IMG/VR virus record: IMGVR_UViG_3300009034_000016
Location: 1 to 64,000 of that record
From: a virus
Reading direction: 5' to 3' (one strand)
Length of the DNA: 64,000 nt
Position numbers and translations under genes: made by a program. The notes beneath the pieces were generated by a model. That model ran no database searches, was not told the DNA's origin, and saw nothing but the letters and a program-made list of their open reading frames with translations. Within the stretch, counting starts at the first letter, position 1. Every line of letters starts with the position of its first letter. Shown in pieces: positions 1 through 9,348 of this stretch.

Positions 1-1422
1 CTCCTTGCAGATCCCGTCCACCTGGATCGCTCTGAGGCGATAGACTCGCTGATTAAACATCGCAGAGTCCGGAACCAAGTCATTCGTCAACGGGTGCTCC
101 TGGAGAGAAGGCTTGATGTTCTATGCGAGTATGTGCTGGGTTATACCATCAAGCCGTTTCACCTGGCCATGATCAAATTCCAAGAAGAAAATCCCTTCTC
201 CCTCCAGTTAAGTTTCCGCGGAGCCGGTAAGAGCCACATACTAACCATCGCAAAGATAATCATGGAACTCCTAATCGATCCGAATATTCGGATTCTTATC
301 GGGAGCAAGACTCAAAAACAAGCCGAAGGTTTTCTCCGGTCGATTAAGCAGCATTTCATGTCCCCTCAGTTCGTCGCCGTATTCGGCAACAGGATAGGGG
401 ATAAGTGGGAGACTTCTGAGATAAACATGAGGGGACGGACCAGCACAGAGATGGAAAGTAATGTCTCGACTATCGGAGTGGAGGGGGCTATCGTATCGAG
501 ACATTTTAATCAGGCATATCTTGATGATATAGTAGCGGAGGAGAACTCAAAGACGCAACTTCAGCGGGACAAGGTATATACCTGGTATTATAAGGAACTT
601 GAACCATGCCTCCTTCCCGGAGAAGACACCCAGTTACACCTTAACGGAACCCCTTATCATCATAAAGATTTTTATAATCACCTGAAGAAAAGAGAATTAA
701 AGGAATTTACTCAAATAATCCCTTCCCTGGATAAAAAAGGTGGGACGCCTTGGCCAGAGCGGTTCCCAGTTGAATACTTTTTGCGGAAGAAAGCAAAAAC
801 TTCAACCGTTATTTTTAATTCGCAATATCAGTGCGACACCCGGGCGATGGAAGCTGCAATCTTCCAGCCGGATTGGTTTCGGGAATGGGATATCTTGCCC
901 GACAACCTCAGAATATTCCAAGCGGTTGATCCCGCAATCAGTCTAAAGACCTCTGCGGACTATTTTGCGAGCGCAACTATCGGGATTGATCACAGTGTAT
1001 CACCCGCGGAGGCTTATGTGCTAAAATGCTATAAAAAGCGAATGACTTTCCCTCAGCAAAAAGAAGAGATGATCCGGGATTTAATCGAATGGAATCCGGA
1101 GAGACTGGGGGTGGAGGCTAACGCATATCAGGGTGCACTTTACCAAGAACTCCGGGCCGATCACAGGACAAGTCCCTATACAATTGTTCCGATCTATAAT
1201 ACAGTTAAGAAAAAAAGCAGGGCCTTTCAGCTTGCCGGTAAATATGAGGAGGGGAGGATATGGCATAAGCAAGGATCCTCGGATTTGGAAGATCACCTGA
1301 TAGACATCACCGGCGATAAGGAAGAAGAGGACGATATGTTCGATGCTGTTGAAATGGGCGTCCGATTAGGTTTTGGTAAAAGAAGCAGAGCATTAAGAGA
1401 GGAAGAACCGGGGTTGATATGA
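1..1422 (+). CDS. terL: Terminase large subunit (frame is open from base 1, so the 5' end may lie outside the window)
   Basis: Walker A-like SFRGAGKS, Walker B YLDD, coupling motif GTPYH, RNase H-like nuclease motifs AVDPA and EDDMFDA; first gene of the head module. Confidence 0.93.
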   Translation, partial: LLADPVHLDRSEAIDSLIKHRRVRNQVIRQRVLLERRLDVLCEYVLGYTIKPFHLAMIKFQEENPFSLQLSFRGAGKSHILTIAKIIMELLIDPNIRILIGSKTQKQAEGFLRSIKQHFMSPQFVAVFGNRIGDKWETSEINMRGRTSTEMESNVSTIGVEGAIVSRHFNQAYLDDIVAEENSKTQLQRDKVYTWYYKELEPCLLPGEDTQLHLNGTPYHHKDFYNHLKKRELKEFTQIIPSLDKKGGTPWPERFPVEYFLRKKAKTSTVIFNSQYQCDTRAMEAAIFQPDWFREWDILPDNLRIFQAVDPAISLKTSADYFASATIGIDHSVSPAEAYVLKCYKKRMTFPQQKEEMIRDLIEWNPERLGVEANAYQGALYQELRADHRTSPYTIVPIYNTVKKKSRAFQLAGKYEEGRIWHKQGSSDLEDHLIDITGDKEEEDDMFDAVEMGVRLGFGKRSRALREEEPGLI

Positions 1423-3104
1423 GTAAAGGAAAAAAAGATGTAATGATGGAAGACGGTAAGGGCCCGGACAGCCCCACTAAGCAAAACATTGTGAAGGCGA
1501 TAGTGGTCGGAATTAGGGAAGATGTCCGTGCAGAGATGTCCGGGAAGACTCGGCAGATTGACGATTCCGAAGACTGGACTACGATGTATAAGGATGGGAA
1601 AGCGATTTCCCCTCCCTTTGAACCGTTAATTCTGGCTCAACTGCCGGAGAACAGCAGCGAACTCGGCCAGTGTATCGAAGCGATGGAGGTCAACATCGAG
1701 GGGTTCGGACATCGCTTTGTCCCCATTGTGGACTCAACAGAGATTAAGGAAGCTCAGAAAAAAGAGATGGAGAAGGAGCATGTAGAACTCTTTAATTTTT
1801 TTAATACATGTTCCGGAGTTGAGGAATCGTTCACGCAGTTAAGAAGAAAAACCCGGAAGGACATGGAAGCAACCGGGAACGGATACTGGGAAATTATCGA
1901 ACCGCCCCTTAAGAAAAATAGTCTTAGCGGGATCAATCATATCGAAGCTCACACTATGAGACTATCGACTCTTGACAAAGAGTTTGTTGATGTGGAGGAG
2001 AAAAGGCTGATTAAGAAGGATGACGGGACTTGGAAATACGAAGAAGTCAAGGTGCAGAGAAAGTTTAGAAAATTCTGCCAGATCAGGGGGGGCAGCACGG
2101 TATGGTTTAAGTCCCTGAACGATCCCCGGGATCTTAATTATAAGACGGGAGAGTTTGCGAAAGATGGGGCAAGGCTTAAAGTCGAAGACCGGGCAAATTC
2201 CGTGATTCATTTCAAAATCTATTCACCTCGCTCACCTTACGGAATCCCACGCTATATAGGAAACCTTTTTTCCATCTATGGGAGTCGGGCATCGGAGGAA
2301 ATAAACTACACTACACTGCGGAACAATAATATTCCCTCAATGATAGTCGCGGTGTCTAACGGCCAGCTTACTTCCGGGACGATTAAAAGAATGAAGGAAT
2401 TTGTTGAGACCCAGATTAAAGGTTCAGATAATTACAGCAAATTTTTATTATTGGAAGCAATGCCGGTTGAGGAGGGCGACGCGGGGGATGGAAAGGTCAA
2501 GATCGAGGTTAAGGAACTTACCGGATCGCAGATGCATGATGCTTTCTTCCAAACCTATGATAAGAACAATTGCGAAAAGGTCCGGCGGTCGTTCCGATTG
2601 CCGCCAATATTTTTGGGCGGCGCAGATGAGTATAATCGTGCTACGGCTGATACATCGAGGAAGCTCGCCGATGAACAAATCTTCGCCCCGGAGCGGGATG
2701 AGATCGATTTCGTGATCAATCGGCAGATACTCCCTAAGCTTAGTGCACGCTATTATGTGTTCAAGTCCAACAGCCCGATTATCACGAATAATGAGGAGTT
2801 AATCCGGCTCCTTACCGCAGCTGAGCGAGCAGGGGGGATTAACCCCCAGATAGCCCGTGATATTATATCCGAGATATTTGGAAAAGACATGGGAAAGGTT
2901 ACAGCAATAGATCCAAAAATACCTTTCACTATCCAAGTGGCAGAGGCGGCGAAGAAGCGTTCGCCGATTAATTTGGGCACGGTAGCACCAATAAAGTCGG
3001 ATGTAGATTATAGTGATGTGCAGGAATTCATAATGGGACTCTTAGCGGTTCGTAAGATTCTAACATCGTATTCGGAATATGGCGGGAAGATAGAAGGCGA
3101 ATAA
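1419..3104 (+). CDS. Portal protein (PBSX-like)
   Basis: Follows terminase; motifs GNGYWEI, SPYGIPRY, FRLPPIFLG, YNRATA typical of PBSX/HK97-type portals. Confidence 0.9.
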   Translation: MSKGKKDVMMEDGKGPDSPTKQNIVKAIVVGIREDVRAEMSGKTRQIDDSEDWTTMYKDGKAISPPFEPLILAQLPENSSELGQCIEAMEVNIEGFGHRFVPIVDSTEIKEAQKKEMEKEHVELFNFFNTCSGVEESFTQLRRKTRKDMEATGNGYWEIIEPPLKKNSLSGINHIEAHTMRLSTLDKEFVDVEEKRLIKKDDGTWKYEEVKVQRKFRKFCQIRGGSTVWFKSLNDPRDLNYKTGEFAKDGARLKVEDRANSVIHFKIYSPRSPYGIPRYIGNLFSIYGSRASEEINYTTLRNNNIPSMIVAVSNGQLTSGTIKRMKEFVETQIKGSDNYSKFLLLEAMPVEEGDAGDGKVKIEVKELTGSQMHDAFFQTYDKNNCEKVRRSFRLPPIFLGGADEYNRATADTSRKLADEQIFAPERDEIDFVINRQILPKLSARYYVFKSNSPIITNNEELIRLLTAAERAGGINPQIARDIISEIFGKDMGKVTAIDPKIPFTIQVAEAAKKRSPINLGTVAPIKSDVDYSDVQEFIMGLLAVRKILTSYSEYGGKIEGE

Positions 3105-3105
3105 G

Positions 3106-3309
3106 ATGGTAGAGATATTAAAGCCGATTGCTGAAATCTATGGGCTGCCTGGAATTATTATAGTTCTATGGCTCTGGGATCACCGTTCGCTTATGAAGAT
3201 AATGGTGGCCCGGGAAGATTCGGTTTTAAACGCGCTTATAGACAATACAAGAGCCCTGACTTCCCTGAAAACCCTAATTAAAGAAAGATTGAGGAGAAGT
3301 GGTGATTAA
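3106..3309 (+). CDS. Small membrane protein, holin-like
   Basis: 67 aa, one N-terminal TM segment (YGLPGIIIVLWLW) followed by a coiled coil (NTRALTSL). Confidence 0.45.
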   Translation: MVEILKPIAEIYGLPGIIIVLWLWDHRSLMKIMVAREDSVLNALIDNTRALTSLKTLIKERLRRSGD

Positions 3310-3508
3310 GCAGGTAAGGGAATTGTTGAATAGGGCCGGTGTCACAATAAAGTCCGTAAAAATAAACGGGGCTCAAAAATGTATGGAAAGAAAGTTTAGC
3401 CGAGTAATGGAAGAGCATCAGGCAACAGTGCAGGAAATAGCTGAACTGATAAACGAGGAATGTTCTGGATGCAACCCGGGGGACGATGGAGATGGGGCTA
3501 CCAGCTGA
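3299..3508 (+). CDS. Hypothetical protein
   Basis: GGAG RBS; overlaps both neighbours in the operon. Confidence 0.5.
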   Translation: MVIKQVRELLNRAGVTIKSVKINGAQKCMERKFSRVMEEHQATVQEIAELINEECSGCNPGDDGDGATS

Positions 3509-4514
3509 AAAGTTAGAGACAATGAAGGCCAAGGCTGTCCGCGAGATCGACCTGCTTATGGTTGAGGTTATGATGGAGGGCTTGTCTCAGGAGCCCTCGA
3601 TCCGGCGGCTGGAAGTAAGTCTGGCCGAGTCTCTTGTTTCAAAATTCAAAAAGAGGGTCCAGGTGGCGATTAATCGTGGACTGGCTACCCTTAACCTAAA
3701 ACCCGATAAGCCCTATACGGACAAGGATGTTAGGAAATTTTTAGACGCCTTTAAAAAAGAGTACTCGAAGTTTCCGAAAGATGCTGAGCCCACCATTAAT
3801 AGGTTTGCTCCGGCGATGTATAACCAGAGCAGGCGGCTACCAGTGAAGCCGATCAAGAAGCAGGTTGCGATAGACTTCGACCTGATAGACGATGCGGCTC
3901 GGGCTCACATGACCAAGGAGAGTATGTGGTGGGTGGGAGATCATTACGATACGGTGCTCCGGGAACGGCTTAACGATATGACCCGTCACAGCATGATTGA
4001 GAAGGGGCTGGGGCGCGTTGAGGCGGCGAAGGATCTACGAAAGAGCTTGCAGGACAATATGCTGCGAGGCAAGATGCCAGCGGTTCCAATGCCTCCCGGA
4101 TGGCGGGGAACAGACCAGGCATACTTTGAAGCGTTATCGGGAAATATTGCAAACCGGGCAAGCAACTTCGGAACGATTACCAACTACCAGGAAGCGGGTT
4201 TTGAGACCTTTGAAATAGCCGCGATAATTGACCGAAGGACTTCAGATATTTGTCGACGGATGAATGGAAAGGTCTTTACCGTTGACCAGGGAGCCGATCT
4301 CCGGGACCGGATTATAGGCGCCGAGAACCCTACGCAGTTGAAGGGAATAGCGGGGTGGGTAAAAGGCAAGGAGGCTGAGAAGTTATTCGGGATCAAGTCG
4401 GGAGTTGCAGCCACTCCTGCGCAAACTACAAAAATGGCAAAAGCGGGTATGGCCTTGCCACCTTATCATTTTAGGTGCCGGACGGTAATTATACCCGGGC
4501 CGGCTACGCGATAA
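3486..4514 (+). CDS. MuF / SPP1 gp7-like head morphogenesis protein
   Basis: DRRTSDICRRMNG and C-terminal PPYHFRCRT motifs; position after portal. Confidence 0.88.
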   Translation: MEMGLPAEKLETMKAKAVREIDLLMVEVMMEGLSQEPSIRRLEVSLAESLVSKFKKRVQVAINRGLATLNLKPDKPYTDKDVRKFLDAFKKEYSKFPKDAEPTINRFAPAMYNQSRRLPVKPIKKQVAIDFDLIDDAARAHMTKESMWWVGDHYDTVLRERLNDMTRHSMIEKGLGRVEAAKDLRKSLQDNMLRGKMPAVPMPPGWRGTDQAYFEALSGNIANRASNFGTITNYQEAGFETFEIAAIIDRRTSDICRRMNGKVFTVDQGADLRDRIIGAENPTQLKGIAGWVKGKEAEKLFGIKSGVAATPAQTTKMAKAGMALPPYHFRCRTVIIPGPATR

Positions 4515-4523
4515 GAATAGATT

Positions 4524-7500
4524 ATGAGTCCAATTACAGCAGATGCTTTAAACGGGGGAAGAAAGCACCCAGCGCAGAGACGCTTCGAAAGTGCCTTAGT
4601 CGAGGACTGGAGAAGGCGACGCTGGGCTTTACTGCTCCACAGCGAAGATGTGCTCAAAATGGAGATCGAGGAAATTGATGTAGCGAGCCTTCGCAAGGCA
4701 AGCGACCGGGAGCTACTAAGCCTCCATCGGCGGACTCATCAGCTATGGTCAAAGGTAAAGCCGCACGAAAAGCGGGATGGACTTTATTTAGTGGCGCCCC
4801 ATGCGCAGAGGATATGGGAGGGTAAGAAGAGACTTATTATCAAATCTAAAAAATTTAATGTTGAAGGCAAGAAATACTACCTTGTTCAGGATAAAGTTTA
4901 CGGAGTTATAGAGATGGGAGCCCCTTACAGTATTAACTTAGAGGAGTTCAAGAAACTATCGAAGCTTCACCTGATATCCGAGAAGGAGAGGTCCGAATGG
5001 TGGCCAGACTATAAAACTCTTTATGCCTACGCCGTTAAAAAGTTCGAGAGATTCCCAACCCCGAAAGATTACGATAGGGTCCCGCAGGCCCAGATATTTG
5101 TCAAGGATGTTGAACCGAGAAACAAAGTATCGAGGAGTGATATCGAGGCGGCTCATGAATTAATAGTATCCGAAGTGATAAGGAGGGGAATGGAGCATAA
5201 GACCCCGCTGGAGGATAAGAAAACCAAAGGGGTGGCAAAGTCCGTCCCGAAGGGAATTGATGCAATCTATAACGATGAGTACTTCAAGGGGCTCCTGAGC
5301 ATAGACACAAATTTTATCGCTGATCTTGCAGAGGTCAATAAGTACCTGGCGGGGGAAAGCTTACTCGAAATAGGTTGTGGATGCGGCAGGGCACTCAAGG
5401 TATTTGAAGTTTCCGGAATGAGCATTATCGGGGTTGATGCCGCAAGTAAGGCGATAGAGATGTGCAAGGCTGCCGAGCTCGAGGCCCGGAGGATGGATGC
5501 CCAGTATCTCGAATTCAGAGACGGGATGTTTGACACAGTTTTCTCAATGCACCTGCTTGAACATCTCGAAGATCCTATTAAGGCGATTACCGAGTCTCTA
5601 AGAGTAGCACGGAAGAGGGCGATTCATTTAGTTCCGCTTGGTAAGCGGGAGGATGTTACGCACCTCTGGGAATTTCTCAGCATAGAGAATTTACGGTCTT
5701 TCGTAGGGGATTTAGAAGTTGCAACACACTTTCAACGGATTCCAATGACTAATTGTGGGGTTATTGTATTTGATAAAGAACTACGGGGCGACATTCCTTT
5801 TTTTAATTATCTTGATTCTTTTACGGTAACTCCCGGATATGTCAGCCTCGGAGGGGGGTCGGTTAAAAAACCAAACCCGGACGATCTCGATATAATTATC
5901 AGGGAGGAAATACCGGATGATGGGCTGGAGGTAGCCCTGAGAAATCTCTTTTTCGATCCTGAGATAAGGAAGCGACTGCATTTCATCTATCATTCGGCTG
6001 GCCCTCACGATGATAGCATACCCCTGATGGACAAAGTCTGTCAGCTTCGTTCTGATTTTGAAATAAATCGAGTTGATGTAGAGAAAAGAGAATTGAAGCC
6101 TCTAACCCACTTCAAGCCCTTAAAGACCGGGAGGGGATATACGCAATTGGAGTTCTTTGCCCCGGAGGAGTTGTGGGAGAAGTGGGCCAAGCCCCTGATG
6201 GACGAAGGGATCGATATTGAGGTGGAAAGAAAATTTGGTGGCTGGCGCACGATCGCGCAAATTGACGAGAAGGGCAAGACCTATATATATTTTGATGATA
6301 CCAAGACTGACCGCTCAAAGCAGTTTATGAGTTTGGTTAGCGATCTTGAAGTTATCGGGGAGCCAGTAATATTAGACATGGATCTCGGTGCGGTCTATTC
6401 CGATGGTAGGCCAGTCGATAGAGTTAATCTTGGATTCGGCGGTAAGGTAATAATCCCGGAGAGTGGTAAATTTAAAATCAAGGATGGGCTGGATGCAATG
6501 CTTGTGGCGAATGTCTTTGATATCCTTTACTACGAAGGAGAGGATCTACATACCAAGCCCTGGGAGGAGAGGCGGGAAAGCTTGGAGAAGCTATTTGGCA
6601 AGCATGATTTTCGATTTCTTAAATTAGTCAAGAAGAATATTACATCCGATAAGAAAAGTTTCTTGGCCGCGGTGGCCCGGGTATCGAAGTTACCTGGATC
6701 GGAAGGAGCGGTGCCCAAGGCGGTAAATGGAGACTATCCACTTACGGGTATGACGCCGAGCGTAGCAAAAGTCAAAAATACACTCGAAATCAAAGTTCAG
6801 GTGATGGGTCGAACTCCGGTTAAAGATGAGGATATATGGACTTATGATATATCCGCTCTTGGGGGGGATGGCAATCCCGTAGATCTCGGCAAAACCATGA
6901 ACACCAAGCTGGATACCAAAGCTGGCGATATTATTACGATCTCAGTTCAGGAGGTTATACCTGATTGGGACGAGGAGCGTGAAATCTGGACGATTGCTAT
7001 CGTGATCCCGATTCCGCAAAATATAGAGCCGGGGAGAAAGAAGCCCGACACGGTTAGTGAGATTATCGTCAGGGCGGATAAGGCCAACATTCTCCAGGCA
7101 TCCCCGGCGGTGCGTGATAAGCTCAGGGCTTCAAGAATATCGGTCCGGAAGTTTATCGAGGAGCTTGTTGACTGCTTGGATGAAGAGAAACGGGATGCCC
7201 TCAGACCGCAGCCCGGGTCCCGGGAGGGGCTTGCTAACGAAGTTGTAAAATACATTCCAGAGCATAAAACCTACGTAGAGCCCTTTGCTGGCGGCGGTCG
7301 AGTGCTGATGAAAAAAGAGCCGTCCGAAATTGAGGTTCTTAGCGACTTAGATTCGGAAGTAATGTTCATGTTTAAGGCCGCCAAGTCCTTCACTAAGGAA
7401 GAAATAGAAAAGTTAAGGAAAATGGATTGGACGCGTGCGGAATCGAAATGGCTTCAGCTTAAGAAGTCAAAATTTAAAGATAAGCTCCGGGAATTCTACC

Positions 7501-9143
7501 GACTGATGTATGTCCGAAGATGTTCGTTTAATTACGATGGCTCTGCGTTTGCACGAAATAAAGAAGGGAGTCGGCTTGATTTTGGCCGAATAGAGCCTTG
7601 GTTTGGAGCAAAGGGAAGGCTTGCTAAGGTTAAGCTTCTTACCTGTGACTATGCGATTGCTATAAAAAGATTCGATGGTCCTGAAACATTTTTCCATATC
7701 GATCCGCCTTTTATAGGACATACTGAAAGCGGGGGATGGAAAAAATGGAAAGGCTTTGATTTCGAGAGACTATTTAAAATCGTTAAACAAATCAAGGGAA
7801 AATGGCTACTTACGATCGACGATGCTAAGGAAGTAAGAAAAATATTTTCTAAATATCATATAAAAGAAATTAAGGTTTTTAAGGGAAGCCAGCGTTTTTC
7901 TTGGTATGGGAATAAGATAAGGACGGAGCTCCTTATATCCAATTACAAGTTAGAGAAGGCTGGCGGGGGCAAGGCCGAGGAAACAGAGAAAGCCCAAAAG
8001 CCCGAGGCGAAGATCACGATCAAGAAGGGTGATAAGGGAGATGGGATACTCCAGACCCATGAACTCGGCCTAACGGAAGACCAGGTTAAACTACTCGGCC
8101 CCGACTTTTCATTCGGCTGGGATCCGGTCGAAATAAGCGATAGCCAATTTGGGAGACTCTATGAGATCCAGGATATTGGTTGGGAAGGGCTTGTTAAGAA
8201 AGCATCGGAAGGTGACTCTTCTAACCTGGGTAAGGCGATCAATAAAATTGATAAAGACGAACTGTCAGTATCCCAAAGAAAACTCATTGCACTGGTTGAA
8301 CCGGTTGCTATTCACACTGACATTAGATTACATCCGAAAGGGGCGCCATACTGGGAAGGCGGTGAGGGATTTACTCCGGGAAATCAGTTCCAAATAAATA
8401 AGTTTACTTTATTAGAAAAGGATGCTAAGGTTAGAATATTAATGGACTTCAAACGCCCCCGAAAGGGGACGGGAAGAGTCGAAACGATTAGAGGTCCCTT
8501 GATATGGTTAAAGGTCGGACTCAAAAAACCTCAAAGCTTTCCGCCCGGCTCGGTCGGTTCGACAGCAAAGGCTTGGGCAAGGTTTACGATAAGGGATTTG
8601 TTCGACTGGGAAGCAGGCACTCAGGAACCGCACTATAAGGAGTTTAAGTTTGACGATGGTGTACTTAAGGGCAGACATATTATGGCCTTCGCTCCACTTC
8701 CTGGGCGTGAGCAGAGAATGTGGCTGTTCTCCAGGCCGGGCAAACAAGAGATGGACGAAGAGGGAAAAAGTATCGTCAAGATACTCAAGGTCGATGAGGA
8801 GAAGAGAACTGTCCTCGGAGTAGTATTAGAGCCAGAAACTTTCGATGCCCAAGATGAAATTGTCAGTGCACCAGTTATTGAGAAAACCGCACATGACTTC
8901 CTTGCGAACTACAATCAAAAGACCAAACTTGGATATATGCACACCTTCTTTGAACCGGATCTCCAATTATATGAGTGTTATGTCGCACCCATAGATATGG
9001 TAATCGAGGGGACGAGGGTAAAGAAGGGTTCCTGGCTTATGCTCAGCAAGGTAAATGACGACCATATCTGGCAGCAGGTAAAGGATAAGAAAATTAAGGG
9101 ATATTCCATAGCGGGAATCGCAATAGCAAGGACTATCGGCTAA
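4524..9143 (+). CDS. Multidomain polyprotein: ASCH/PUA-like, class I SAM methyltransferase, nucleotidyltransferase-like, ATP-dependent DNA ligase, Dam/D12 adenine methylase, LigD 3'-phosphoesterase-like, C-terminal XkdF-like prohead protease
   Basis: Motifs in order: GLYLVAPHA..IWEGKK; LLEIGCGCG..FDTVFSMHLLEHL; LGGGSV..DDLDIII; ERKFGGWR, VFDILY, EGAVPK, KVK; YVEPFAGGG..DPPF; QTH..HTDIRL..LKGR..WL; VLGVVLEP..DAQ..YMH..KGSW..GYSIAG. Occupies the prohead-protease slot between MuF and scaffold. Confidence 0.8.
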   Translation: MSPITADALNGGRKHPAQRRFESALVEDWRRRRWALLLHSEDVLKMEIEEIDVASLRKASDRELLSLHRRTHQLWSKVKPHEKRDGLYLVAPHAQRIWEGKKRLIIKSKKFNVEGKKYYLVQDKVYGVIEMGAPYSINLEEFKKLSKLHLISEKERSEWWPDYKTLYAYAVKKFERFPTPKDYDRVPQAQIFVKDVEPRNKVSRSDIEAAHELIVSEVIRRGMEHKTPLEDKKTKGVAKSVPKGIDAIYNDEYFKGLLSIDTNFIADLAEVNKYLAGESLLEIGCGCGRALKVFEVSGMSIIGVDAASKAIEMCKAAELEARRMDAQYLEFRDGMFDTVFSMHLLEHLEDPIKAITESLRVARKRAIHLVPLGKREDVTHLWEFLSIENLRSFVGDLEVATHFQRIPMTNCGVIVFDKELRGDIPFFNYLDSFTVTPGYVSLGGGSVKKPNPDDLDIIIREEIPDDGLEVALRNLFFDPEIRKRLHFIYHSAGPHDDSIPLMDKVCQLRSDFEINRVDVEKRELKPLTHFKPLKTGRGYTQLEFFAPEELWEKWAKPLMDEGIDIEVERKFGGWRTIAQIDEKGKTYIYFDDTKTDRSKQFMSLVSDLEVIGEPVILDMDLGAVYSDGRPVDRVNLGFGGKVIIPESGKFKIKDGLDAMLVANVFDILYYEGEDLHTKPWEERRESLEKLFGKHDFRFLKLVKKNITSDKKSFLAAVARVSKLPGSEGAVPKAVNGDYPLTGMTPSVAKVKNTLEIKVQVMGRTPVKDEDIWTYDISALGGDGNPVDLGKTMNTKLDTKAGDIITISVQEVIPDWDEEREIWTIAIVIPIPQNIEPGRKKPDTVSEIIVRADKANILQASPAVRDKLRASRISVRKFIEELVDCLDEEKRDALRPQPGSREGLANEVVKYIPEHKTYVEPFAGGGRVLMKKEPSEIEVLSDLDSEVMFMFKAAKSFTKEEIEKLRKMDWTRAESKWLQLKKSKFKDKLREFYRLMYVRRCSFNYDGSAFARNKEGSRLDFGRIEPWFGAKGRLAKVKLLTCDYAIAIKRFDGPETFFHIDPPFIGHTESGGWKKWKGFDFERLFKIVKQIKGKWLLTIDDAKEVRKIFSKYHIKEIKVFKGSQRFSWYGNKIRTELLISNYKLEKAGGGKAEETEKAQKPEAKITIKKGDKGDGILQTHELGLTEDQVKLLGPDFSFGWDPVEISDSQFGRLYEIQDIGWEGLVKKASEGDSSNLGKAINKIDKDELSVSQRKLIALVEPVAIHTDIRLHPKGAPYWEGGEGFTPGNQFQINKFTLLEKDAKVRILMDFKRPRKGTGRVETIRGPLIWLKVGLKKPQSFPPGSVGSTAKAWARFTIRDLFDWEAGTQEPHYKEFKFDDGVLKGRHIMAFAPLPGREQRMWLFSRPGKQEMDEEGKSIVKILKVDEEKRTVLGVVLEPETFDAQDEIVSAPVIEKTAHDFLANYNQKTKLGYMHTFFEPDLQLYECYVAPIDMVIEGTRVKKGSWLMLSKVNDDHIWQQVKDKKIKGYSIAGIAIARTIG

Positions 9144-9240
9144 GTAGCTTTGGCTTTTTTCATAAATAGATTTATTTAATATTTCCCTGCCCCGTGAATT
9201 GATCACACGGGGGGCTTTGATCTGGGAATCCAGCTAAATC

Positions 9241-9276
9241 AAAGGGCTTGGGTTTGAATACCCAAGCCCTTTTTTA
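9241..9276 (+). terminator. Rho-independent terminator-like hairpin upstream of the scaffold gene
   Basis: AAAGGGCTTGGGT-loop-ACCCAAGCCCTTT followed by a T run. Confidence 0.75.
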
Positions 9277-9320
9277 GTTGGGGAGGGAATTTTTAGTGTG
9301 TGTGTAGTGCCTTGAATCTC

Positions 9321-9334
9321 TGCACGCGCGTGCA
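9321..9334. repeat. TGCAC-RCGC-GTGCA palindrome, copy 1 (abuts scaffold RBS)
   Basis: TGCACGCGCGTGCA followed by CGGAGG; related copies at 26752, 32913 and 62504. Confidence 0.7.
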
Positions 9335-9348
9335 CGGAGGGAGAGATA

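Noticed and set aside
4524-9143. Inteins explaining the size of the polyprotein
   Set aside because: No C/S start with HN-C/S/T end or LAGLIDADG blocks seen; the inserts look like independent enzymes
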